DNA of 63,773 nucleotides, the filler included, from Octopus bimaculoides (Eukaryota): the NCBI RefSeq assembly GCF_001194135.2. It is 7 parts of 6 records of this genome, joined end to end, with 100 filler letters (N's around TTAATTAATTAA, not from the genome) between each part and the next. Parts side by side here need not be neighbours in the genome. Positions count along the whole stretch, not along the records: positions 33,554 to 49,868 come from NC_069009.1; 6 more parts are not named here. One strand, written 5' to 3'. Both the position numbers and the translations under genes were made by a program. Numbering within the stretch: position 1 is the stretch's first letter; every line of letters begins with the position of its first letter. Under the pieces are notes generated by a model. It was not told the DNA's origin. It made no database searches and saw only the letters and a program-made list of their open reading frames with translations. Positions 39,320 through 49,465 of the stretch are shown here, piece by piece.

Positions 39320-39699
39320 GCTTCCTATAAAAATTCAGCTTAGCTGGCGAAATTTTGAAAACTCTTCGAAATGTTGCTTCGTATTTTTTTTTTCTACCTG
39401 GAAATGATGAAAGTCGAACTGGGTGGAATTTGAACTTTGAGACTAAAGATGTGTAGGGCACAGCCCATGGATACATAGACGAAATGAAGAGAAGGGAATT
39501 CTTGTCGGGCGACATGAAGTCTTAAATCAAACATTTTTTAAAAAGAGGTGAAGCGACAAAGTGTGTAGTAAACTTGTGTAGGTATACCAATCTTTCAATA
39601 CCTCAATGAACTCCGACCCCTGAAAACATTGACATTAAATGGCTAACAGTATTGATGTTAAATTTATAATGTCGAATTACGATGTTGTTTAACCATCGT

Positions 39700-39731
39700 C
39701 TTTATCTTACTGCCTTTTTTCCTATTTCAGA
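39700..39731 (+). promoter_or_regulatory. 3' splice acceptor of the ZNF paralog 2 coding exon (AG at 39729-39730)
   Basis: Pyrimidine tract CTTTATCTTACTGCCTTTTTTCCTATTTCAG, conserved at 45580-45610 (AG 45609-45610). Confidence 0.7.
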
Positions 39732-40111
39732 ATATCACATGTTGACGTGAAAGGAATTTCTCCATTCAGAATGTGCCTTTGATATTTTTATCAATTTTCA
39801 TCACCTAAAGGAAGACGATATATTTATAAGGAGCATTCATCAATAAATCAACTTTTTTATATAAATATAATCTATGACAAACTATAACAAAATATTTTTC
39901 TTGTCTCGACTGTCTGGAATGGAGAGGAGGTGATTGGTTTACAAGCTTGGATAACTTCACAAACGTGTTGACAGTTTTCACCTGCTGATTTAGGTATTCA
40001 GTAAGCTCACAAATCAAGAAACATAGCATCAAATTTTTCAATGAAAATAGGGACTCAACTGAACACGAACATATTCGTAGAAGTGAAAAAATCAATATTA
40101 TTGTGATATAT

Positions 40112-41683
40112 ATGACAAATTATTCTCTCATAATGAATAATTTAACTGAACCTAAAAAGCCTGATACAGGAGAGAAGCCATATCGTTGTGATATTTGTGA
40201 TAAATCATTCTCTCAAAGTAGTAACTTGACTGAACACAAACGTGTACATACAGGTGAGAAGCCATATCATTGCAAAATCTGTGATAAATCATTCTCTCAA
40301 AGTAGTGGCTTGACTAGACACAAACTTATGCATACAGGAGAGAAGCCATATCATTGTGATATCTGTGGTAAATCATTCTCTCGAAGTAGTGGTTTAACTA
40401 GACACAAACTTATGCATACAGGAGAGAAGCCATATCATTGCGATATCTGTGATAAATCATTCTCTCAAAGTAGTGGCTTAACTAGACACAAACTTATGCA
40501 TACAGGAGAGAAGCCATATCATTGTGATATCTGTGGTAAATCATTCTCTGAAAGTAGTGGCTTAACTAGACACAAACTTATACATACAGGAGAGAAGCCA
40601 TATTATTGTGATATCTGTGGTAAATCATTCTCTCGAAGAAGTAACTTGACTAGTCACATATGTACACATACAGGAGAGAAGCCACATCATTGTGATGTCT
40701 GTGGTAAATCGTTTTCTGATAATAGCGCATTAACTCGACACAAACGTGTACATACAGGAGAGAAGCCATATCATTGTGATGTCTGTGGTAAATCGTTTTC
40801 TGGAAGTGGCCGTTTAACTATTCACAAATGTATACATACAGGAGAGAAGCCATATCATTGTGATATCTGTGGTAAATCATTCACTGAAAGTGAGAACTTG
40901 AATAATCACAAGCGCATTCATACAGGAGAGAAACCATATTGTAATATCTGTGGCACATCATTTTCTTGTAATAGTGATTTGATTAATCATAAACGCATTC
41001 ATACTGGGGAAAAACCATATCACTGTGATATCTGTGGTAAAACATTCTCTCGAAGAAGTCACTTGACTATCCACAGATATATTCATACAGGAGAGAAACC
41101 ATATCATTGTGATATCTGTGGTAATTCATTCTCTCGAAAATATTACTTCTCTATTCACAAACGAACACATACAGGAGAGAAGCCATATCATTGTAATATC
41201 TGTGGTGAATCATTTTCTAACAATAGCACATTAACTCGACACAAACGTGTACATACTGGAGAGATGCCATATCATTGTGATGTCTGTGGTAAATCGTTTT
41301 CTGAAAATAGCACTTTAAAACGTCACAGACGTATACATACAGGAGAGAAGCCATGTCATTGTGATATCTGTGGTAAATCATTCATTGAAAGTGGTAACTT
41401 GAATAAACACAAGCGCATTCATACAGGAGAGAAACCATATCATTGTGATATCTGTGGCAAATCATATTCTCGTAATAGTCATTTGACTACTCATCAACGT
41501 CTTCATATTGGGGAAAAACCATATCACTGTGATATCTGTGGTAAATCACTTTCTGCAAGTAGCAGTTTAACTATTCACAAACGTATTCATACAGGAGAGA
41601 AGCCATATCAATGTAATATCTGTGGTAAATCATTCACTGTAAACAGTCACTTGGCTAAACACAAGCGTGTTCATACAGGATAG
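40112..41683 (+). CDS. Tandem C2H2 zinc-finger protein (18 fingers, no effector domain seen); cluster paralog 2
   Basis: Open frame with 18 C2H2 units and TGEKP linkers. ATG at 40112 and 40133; TAG 41681-41683. Leader [23 protein letters not shown] is homologous to the paralog 1 leader [23 protein letters not shown]. Confidence 0.95.
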   Translation: MTNYSLIMNNLTEPKKPDTGEKPYRCDICDKSFSQSSNLTEHKRVHTGEKPYHCKICDKSFSQSSGLTRHKLMHTGEKPYHCDICGKSFSRSSGLTRHKLMHTGEKPYHCDICDKSFSQSSGLTRHKLMHTGEKPYHCDICGKSFSESSGLTRHKLIHTGEKPYYCDICGKSFSRRSNLTSHICTHTGEKPHHCDVCGKSFSDNSALTRHKRVHTGEKPYHCDVCGKSFSGSGRLTIHKCIHTGEKPYHCDICGKSFTESENLNNHKRIHTGEKPYCNICGTSFSCNSDLINHKRIHTGEKPYHCDICGKTFSRRSHLTIHRYIHTGEKPYHCDICGNSFSRKYYFSIHKRTHTGEKPYHCNICGESFSNNSTLTRHKRVHTGEMPYHCDVCGKSFSENSTLKRHRRIHTGEKPCHCDICGKSFIESGNLNKHKRIHTGEKPYHCDICGKSYSRNSHLTTHQRLHIGEKPYHCDICGKSLSASSSLTIHKRIHTGEKPYQCNICGKSFTVNSHLAKHKRVHTG

Positions 41684-42070
41684 AAGCCATATCATTGTGG
41701 TATCCGTCGTAAATCATTCTCATATAATAGTGACTTGACTAATCACAAGCATATTCATACTAGGGATAAAACAATATCACTGTGATATCTATGGTAAATC
41801 ATTCTCTCAAAACCGCATTTCAGTACAGTTGTGAGTATTCACACAAAAGTGCAACCATTCAGTATTAAAATTTATTACAACAATTATGACTATTTTTTTC
41901 TGCTGAAAAACAGGGCTTTTTTTATCTCTTCAAATTTGATGTTATCAACTTCACTTTCTATAACGTCTGCATCAAATTCATGAAAGTCATGTATATATGG
42001 AAGTTTATCAACAATAACTTCGATTTCTGAAGATGATTGTGCTGGATTTTTGAGCAATTTGTTATAAGAG

Positions 42071-42097
42071 AATAAAGAAATAGGAATAATGAATAAA
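42071..42097 (+). terminator. Candidate polyadenylation signals for ZNF paralog 2
   Basis: AATAAA at 42071-42076 and 42092-42097, about 400 bp after the stop. Weak evidence in AT-rich DNA. Confidence 0.3.
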
Positions 42098-42336
42098 AGG
42101 TTGCACTGAAGTTGGTTTTGTCTCCGTGTTTTCATCATTGTTGTTGTTATCATCATCATCCTTTAGTGAACATTTTTTTATATGCTGGCATGGGTGGGAC
42201 AGTGTGACATGAGCTGGCAAGCCATAATACTGCACTAGGTCTGATTTGTTTGTGTTTCTTTGGGTGTATTCTCCTAATGCTAACCAATTCATAGTTTATG
42301 CTGTGTGCTTCAAATACGTGTGTGTGTGTGTATGCA

Positions 42337-42367
<31 letters not shown>

Positions 42368-42391
42368 TCTTTTACTCTTTTACTTGTTTCA

Positions 42392-42730
42392 GTCATAGGA
42401 TCGCGGTTTCGATTTAGAGACCGGGCGTTGTGAGTGTTTATTGAGCGAAATCACCTAAAGCTCCACGAGGCTCCGGCAGGGGATGCTGGCGAACCCTGCT
42501 GTACTCTTCCACCACAACTTTCTCTCACTTCCTGTTTCTGTTGTGCCTGTAATTCAAAGGGCCAGCCTTGAAACAATCTGTGTCACGCTGAATACCCCCG
42601 AGAACCACGTTAAGGGTACACGTGTCTGTGGAGTGCTCAGCCACTTACACGTTAATTTCACGAGCAGGCTGTTCCGTTGAACGGATCAACTGGAACCCTC
42701 GACGGAGTGCCAACAACAACAACAACAACA
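42392..42730 (+). mobile_element. tRNA-derived SINE family A, 5'-truncated
   Basis: Starts at GTCATAGGATCGCGG; long (AAC)n tail. Confidence 0.9.
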
Positions 42731-42780
42731 AACAATCAAAAGAGCAATATTCCAGTAAAAATAGAGACATCTCAGCATGG

Positions 42781-43110
42781 TGTCACAGTAGCCAGAGGTG
42801 GAAGGGGGGATCCATATGTACAGGTCGAAGACGAGGTGTGAATGGAGACCCTGAATGCTTGTGTAGGGCACTGCCCATAAATTGATAACAGACGGATTAT
42901 AGACAGGACCCTTAGAGCAGGCTGCTCAATGAGCTGGTCTGCAGAGAGCTGGACTTCCGATTAGGAACAAGAGTGGGTCTGAGAATTTAGGTGGCTGATC
43001 GCGTTCAGCTCCACAGTGTTTAGTTGATTGAAGAGGAATAAACAACACGCCGACACACTTTTGTTTCTGGTTATTTTTATGTATAGCTTATGGAACCTAT
43101 ACTCGGTGCA
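42781..43110 (+). mobile_element. Possible LTR-like fragment
   Basis: GC-richer island beginning TGTCAC, with AATAAAC followed by a GT-rich tract; no second LTR, PBS or gag identified. Confidence 0.25.
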
Positions 43111-43597
43111 CAACGCAGTTGGAAATAGAGTGAGCGCGATCAGTACTCCGAATAACGTATAGGTGGATGGAATGCTACGATGATTAGCTCTTCCGATCAC
43201 GAAGGGTAGGGAGAGGCCGGCTCCATGACCCTACGAAAATCTCAAGGGTAACGCCATCCTCAACTGAATGGATGATTACAAAATGGAATAGAGGTGCAGT
43301 GATCTTTAGATGAGGAGGAGGGGGTTGTGGTGGAAGAATACTGATCGGTAAGGAGAGGGAAGGGCTGTAAGTGGGGCAGACGTCATAGGTTAAAGACAGC
43401 CCCTTTCTTTCGGGGTCTGCGACGGGATCAAGATATGTGCTGGAAACGGTCATAGAGTAGACTATACAAGTACATTTTGTTAAAATAATCTGGCGAGAAT
43501 TTTAAAAAAATCTTGAAGAGGGAAGTTATTGACAGAATGAGGGGATAAAAAACACTGGAATAAATCCAACAAGTCAGTAGCGCTCTCTATTGGAGAA

Positions 43598-43860
43598 TTA
43601 AAGAAATACAGTCATATCAAGGGAAACAACTTCTACCTCGGGCCAAAATAGCTAATTACGATTATTAATTAACGGAGTCGGTGCTAGTATCTGAATACGG
43701 TAAGTTGACAAAGATTTACTTTAAGGCTGTAATGGTGTTGATAATACTACTAATAATAATGTAAATAACAGAATTATGTGAACCTCTCGATGTTACAGTA
43801 ATTATTTCGAAACGAAAACAGAACATTAGGAAAATTTATATCCTCGTCTTAAATAATAAC
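43598..43860 (+). promoter_or_regulatory. Paralogous promoter / first-exon module of ZNF paralog 3, donor at 43700
   Basis: GAATACG|GTAAGTTGACAAAGATTTACTTTAAGGCTG matches 34234-34270; AAGAAATACAGTCATATCAAGGGAAACAACTTCTAC matches ~33925-33960. A second partial donor copy is at 44049. Confidence 0.6.
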
Positions 43861-45022
43861 TTCCACACTGAAATATTGATCTGTTGTTTATGAAAATCTA
43901 TGATCGACTGTTACACTTAATATAAAGGAAATTAATTGGTAAAATGAGAGTAATGTGGCATAATTAATCAGTAAAATGAGAGGAGAACGGTTGAAGAATA
44001 GCACGTTAATTAATGTTGTCCTGTTGTTAATGAGGCATTGATAAAACGGTAAGTTGACGAAGATTTACTTTAGAGTTATATTAAAAATAGTAATGATGGT
44101 TTCAAATGTTGGCCAAGATCCAGCAATTTTTTAGGATCCGATTACATGGGACCCAGCATTTCCCTAAAGGGATAAATGGCTAAGTCAACCTCGGCTGTAT
44201 TTGAACCAGGACTTACTGTCGAGATCGAGTCCGCCTTTCATTCTTTTCAGGGTAAGCGAAAGATAATAATAATAATACTAATCTTCAGTACTTTAGGCAT
44301 AAATCCTGGAATTTGGCGGAAGGGCGTACGTCGATTCCATGGACCCCAGTACTGTTCTTAGTTTATCGATCTCGAAAGGATGAAAGGCAAAGTCGACCTC
44401 AGCGGACACAAGACGGGCGAAATGCTATTAAGCATTTTGTCCTGTATGCTAATGATTCTGCCAGTAAGTGACTGAATTAAGTTAATCCTTCGAAGTAATT
44501 TCGATTTTTTAGCGTTCAAAGAATGAACTTTAATCAGTTATATATTTTCCATGTTCTGGTATATGTGCCCCACTGAATTTGTTATTGGAATGTGTTAAGA
44601 AAATTTTCTCTGACTAAATTACTAATGATGTAGATTATGATACTTTTCAGATGGGGGTAGTTTACAATTATATCGGAATTTGATATGGGAAACCAAATTG
44701 GTGGGCTAGCACGCATACACACACTATTACACATCACATACGTCTACAAAAATAAATGTGAATTGTAATGTGTGTCAGCATATATATGCAGAAGGACACC
44801 AATTATTTTTTCCATATGAAATTCTGATGTGATCATAATTTTTGTCATCTGAAGTGTATTTGTAGAAAATTTTTCTGAATGTTATGAGGAAAAGAGGCTG
44901 ACTTGAGTGAGTTTGTTGAAACTCTTCTCTCCACTTTCAGACAAAAAAAAATCATCATCAGTTCTGATATAATCAGAATCCATAGCATTGGAAGCGTACT
45001 TGTACTAGATTTCATTAAAATA

Positions 45023-45421
45023 TTTTACTCTTTTACTTGTCTCAGTCATTTGACTGTGGCCATGCTATAGCACCGCCTGTGGTCGAGCAAGTCGACCCCA
45101 GGACTTATTCTTTGTAAGCCTAGTACTTATTCTGTCGGTGTCTTTTTGCCGAACCGCTAAGTTACGTGGACGTAAACACACCAGCATCGGTTGTCAAGCA
45201 ATGTTGTGGGGGGAGGGGACAAACACAGACACACAAACACATATACATATATACGATGGGCTTCTTTCAGTTTCTGTCTACCAAATCCACGCACAAGGCT
45301 TTGGTCGGCCCGAGGCTATAGTAGAAAGACACTTGCCCCAAGGTGCCACGCAGTGGGGCTGAACCCGCAACCATGTGGTTGGTAAGCAAGCTACTTACCA
45401 CACAGCCACTCCTGTGCCTAT
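45023..45421 (-). mobile_element. SINE family B, long form
   Basis: Reverse complement of the 38223-38630 element. Confidence 0.9.
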
Positions 45422-45424
45422 ATT

Positions 45425-45971
45425 CGTTTTTCAAAAAGATATGAAGGAGGAAATAGGAGTACATGCACACTTGTGTAACTTTGCCAGTCTTTCAATGCTT
45501 GAATGATCTCCAACCCAAATGAATGACAGTGTTGACGTAAAATTTGCAATGTTGACTTATTGTATCATTTAACTATCCTCTTTATCTTACTGCTTCTTTT
45601 CCTATTTCAGAATATTACATTATGTTGACGTAGAAGAAATTTCTTCATTCAAATGTGCCTCTGATATTTTTATCAACTATTATTCACTAAAGGAAAATGA
45701 TATATTTATATTACAAGGATTCATCAATACATCAGACTCATTATATAAATAAATCTATGAAAAACTGTTTCTTTTGGACAATGGAATTAGCAGCAACATC
45801 TTATTGTCTTCGCTGCCTGGAATGTAGACGAGATGATCACTTCACAGGTTAATTAAGCTTGGATAACTTTACGAAGCATTTGACAGTTTTCACCTGCTGA
45901 TTTAGATATCAAGTAAGATCACAGATGAAAGAAACATGGCATTAAATTATTCTCTGGAAATAGTGACGCAA
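45425..45971 (+). pseudogene. Intron end, splice acceptor and 5' leader of paralog 3 (no fingers follow on +)
   Basis: Colinear homology with 39530-40060 (CTTTATCTTACTGC...CCTATTTCAG|AATAT; GGATAACTT; TTGACAGTTTTCACCTGCTGATTTAG) and with 35513-35795. Homology stops at AAATTATTCTCTGGAAATAGTGACGCAA (45971). Confidence 0.85.
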
Positions 45972-46875
45972 GTGCTAGTGTCATGTACAATGCATAGGTG
46001 CCGGTGCCATATAAAAAGCATTGGTGCTGGTGTCACACAAAGAACACAAGTGCCAGTCTTGTGTACAACGCATAGGTGCTTTTGCCCACATATAAAGCAC
46101 TGGTGCTGGTGTCAGATACATGGCACTGGTGCCCTTGCCACATGATATGCACTAGTGATGGTGCTGATGCCAGGAAAAAACGTGCTAGTGCTGATGCCAT
46201 GTAAAGAGCCTCGGCGCTGGGGCCACATGAAAAACATTGCTGCTGGTGTCACTTAAAAAGCACTGGTGATGGTACCATACAAGAAAACCTTGAGGATAGT
46301 GTTACATAAAAAGAGCAGGTTCTGCTGTCACATATAATTCATTGGTGTTGGTCCTTCATAAAAAACCATGCGCAATGATACCATGTAACAAGCACTGCTG
46401 CTGTGGCACATAAAAAGCACTGGAGATGGTACCACACAAGTGAAGCCCTGGTGATGGTGTCACATAAAAAGAGCAGGTACTGGTGTCACATGAAATTCAT
46501 TGGTGTTGCTCACTTATAAAAAACTTAAGCAATGATGCCATGTAAAAAGCACTGGTGATGCTTCCAAGTGAAAAATCACTATGGATGGTGCTATGTCAAA
46601 ACATTGGTGATGGTGCCATGTAAGATGAACTGCTGAGGCTGTCACACAATAAGAACTGGTAATGCTGTCCTGTAAAAAGCATTAGTGCTGGCACAACGTA
46701 AATAACACTTCACTCTTGGAGTGGTTAGTGTTAGGAAGGGCATCCAGCTGTAGAAACTCTGCCAGATCAGATTGGAGCCTGGTGTAGCCATCTGGTTTAC
46801 CAGTCCTCAGTCAAATCGTCCAACCCATGCTAGCATGGAAAGCGGACGTTAAATGATAATGATGATGATGATGAT
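45972..46875 (+). mobile_element. Retroposon family D: degenerate ~25-30-bp repeat array plus conserved 3' tail ending (GAT)n
   Basis: Repeated GCACTGGTG(A/C)TGGTG(C/T)CAYRTAAAAA-like units at 45972-46710, then CACTCT..GAGTGGTT...AGGAAGGGCATCCAGCTGTAGAAAC...GACGTTAAA(TGA)n. Tail copies also at 34605-34848 and 46898-47057. Confidence 0.8.
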
Positions 46876-47299
46876 ATATATATATATATATAAACTACAC
46901 TCTCAGAGTGGTTGGCATTAGGAAGGGCATCCAGCTGTAGAAACTCTGTCAAATCAGATTGGAGCTTGGTGTAGCCATCTGATTTCCCCAGTCCTCAGTC
47001 AAATCGTCCAGCCTATGCCAGCATGGAAACGGACGTTAAACGATGATGATGATGATGTAAATTAGTTGGCATTAAGAAGTGCTCCCTGCAGTAGATAACA
47101 TGCGAAAACAGACAATGGAACCTCATGCAGCTCCTGTCAAACCATCCAGCACATGTCTACCTGGAAAACAGATATTAAACGATGATACACAACAGTAACT
47201 AACATACTTTGAATCTGATCCTCTACTGATGTATTGAGAACAAATACGCCAAATTTCGTAGTGTCTGTAATTTTACATCCAATATATTAAACATGTGTC

Positions 47300-47830
47300 G
47301 TTGTCGTTGGCTTTATCTTGTGTTCAAGAATTTAATTCCTCTTTTGCTGATTGCTTCCTTTATGGTGACGGTATTGACCGCATGGTAATGTTGGTGGAGG
47401 ACAAGGTCGATTTTGTCGAACATTTCTCTCATTTCACTTGTTCCTTTTCTCTTCTGGTGGCTTTCATGATTTTTCACTCCAAAGGTGACGGAACCTAACC
47501 AGTTGGTCTCAAGCTTGTATTCCAAACAATTTAAGCTCAAGCAGTGGCTTTCAGTGCATCTTCAAAGAGGCCAATCATGTGGTATTTTCTCCGAAGTGAG
47601 CTCGCTGAATAAGACTTGGCTTGGAAACCTTGACTCTTCTATTCCTGCTACATGTGTTCCCATCAAAGTCGGTGTTTCACGATGAGTGACTCCATACTTT
47701 GACCTTTGGCCTTTTCCAGGACTTTGTTGTTGGTCCTGTACTGTTGCCATTTGATGTTCAAGATTGAACGACTCTTCTACATACCTGATCCAACATTAGC
47801 ATCTGAAAGATTCTGAGCAATGATACCATG
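47300..47830 (-). mobile_element. RTE-clade LINE ORF2 C-terminal remnant
   Basis: Minus strand RSILNIKWQQYRTNNKVLEKAKGQSMESLIVKHRL*W / HVAGIEESRFPSQVLFSELTSEK, the classic RTE pattern RRILNIKWQD.VTN.EVL..A...SIE......LRW.GHV.RM...R.PKQ.L..EL. Confidence 0.85.
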
Positions 47831-48352
47831 TAACCATACTCTATGGTATGGAGAAATATATGTATGTTTAATTGGAAGTTGTGATAATTCTATCATACAA
47901 AGCTTTTAATCATGTATCTTTTATTCGTTTCATTAGACTGTGGCCATACTGGGGCAATGCCTTCAAGATGTTTAGTCAAATATATCAATACCAGTGCTTA
48001 TTTTTCTTGAAGCCTAGTATGTATTTTATAGGTGTCTTGCCAAGCCGTTCAATTACAGTGACATGATCACTACAAGGGTTGTCAAGTGGTAGCTAGGGGA
48101 CAAACACACACTGGTAAATGGATATCTTCTTTCAATTTCCATCTACCAACTTTTTATATCTTGGTCTTGGATATATAATTTAACGAGGCTTGAGGAAATA
48201 ATTATTTACATAACGCAATACGATTACTATTGCATGAGACTCGTCAATCAACGACTCTCAGTGAACTACTTACTAATTGCTTGTAGTTCGTTATAGCAAT
48301 GGGTCAGTCCACTTTTAGTTCCTTGTTGAGTGGTCAGAATCGTTCCACAAAA

Positions 48353-48563
48353 GGAAGCGAGCTGGCAGAAACGTTAGCATGCCAGACGAAATGCTTAGCG
48401 GTATTTCGTCTGCCGCTACGTCGACTTTGCCTTTCATCCTTTCGGGGTCGATTAAATAAGTACCAGTTACGCACTGGGGTCGATATAATCGATTTAATAC
48501 CTTTGTCTGTCCTTATTTGTCCCCTCTGTGTTTAGCCCCTTGTGGGCAATAAAGAAATAAGAA
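48353..48563 (+). mobile_element. SINE family C
   Basis: GCGAGCTGGCAGAAACGTTAGC...CTTTGCCTTTCATCCTTTCGGGGTCGATTAAATAAGTACCAG...CAATAAAGAAATAAGAA. Confidence 0.85.
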
Positions 48564-48654
48564 TCCTTCCACAACACAATTCCACTGACAAGACTTTGGT
48601 CAAACTGAGGCTGTTGTAGAAGGCACTTGCTCAAGGTGAACCTGGAACCATGTG

Positions 48655-49054
48655 GTCAAGCAACTGTTATGAAATAACGACTCATGACAGTTGTCAGAAT
48701 ATGACTTTTTATCTGCGTGAATACGTTTGTGCCTTTTCAAGTGACTGACTTCCAAAAATGATTTACCACAGGTATTACAATATGGTTTTACCTTAGTATG
48801 AATACGTTTGTGATTAGTCAACTGACTATTTTGAGAGAATGATTTACCACAGATAATACAATGATAGGGCTTCTCTCATGTATGAATACGTTTGAGACTA
48901 ACTAAAGTGCTATTTTCAGAAAATGATTTACCACACATATCACAGTGATGTGGTTTTCCTCCAGTATGAATATATTTGTGACTAGTCAAGAGATTATTAC
49001 AAGAGAATGATTTAACGTAGCTATCACAATGATAGATTATTTCAGCAACCATAT
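48655..49054 (-). pseudogene. C2H2 zinc-finger pseudogene segment (about 4-5 degenerate fingers); inverted coding part of paralog 3
   Basis: Minus strand reads [105 protein letters not shown]. In-frame TGA at 48876-48878, lost Cys/His residues, and a SINE at its 3' end. Confidence 0.9.
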
Positions 49055-49280
49055 GAGTATTCAAACACAACACACAAGTGTAATGATTTCAATATCAAAA
49101 TTTATTTCATGAAAACAATTGTGACTGTTTTGTCTGCTAAAGGACAGAGTTTTTTTTCTTCTTCAAATTTGATGTTATCAACATCAGTTTCACCAATATA
49201 TATGTGTGTGTCACTGTTTGTGAATTACTTCACCATGGTTAACAGCAAATACAACCTGTGACAACCTTCTGTAACAAAAG

Positions 49281-49465
49281 ACCGGCTATGCATCACAGCC
49301 ACAACTTCTTATACGACAGTACCTCAACCGGCTCTGCATCGCAGCCACAACTTCTTATACGACAGTACCTCAACCTGCTCTGCAGCGCAGCCACAACTTC
49401 TTATACGACAGTACCTCAACCGGCTCTGCATTGCAGCCACAACTTCTTGATACAGCATCTCAACT
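49281..49465. repeat. 46-bp minisatellite, about 4 copies
   Basis: Unit ACCGGCTCTGCATCGCAGCCACAACTTCTTATACGACAGTACCTCA starting at 49281, 49327, 49373 and 49419. Confidence 0.95.

Noticed and set aside
41890-42159. Minus-strand 89-aa ORF in the 3' flank of ZNF paralog 2
   Set aside because: It starts in a (GAT)/(AAC) microsatellite and has no recognisable domain; the homologous flank at 49054-49190 shows indels, arguing against coding constraint.
49281-49465. Regular repeat resembling a CRISPR array
   Set aside because: Units are contiguous with no unique spacers, there are no cas genes, and the context is eukaryotic.
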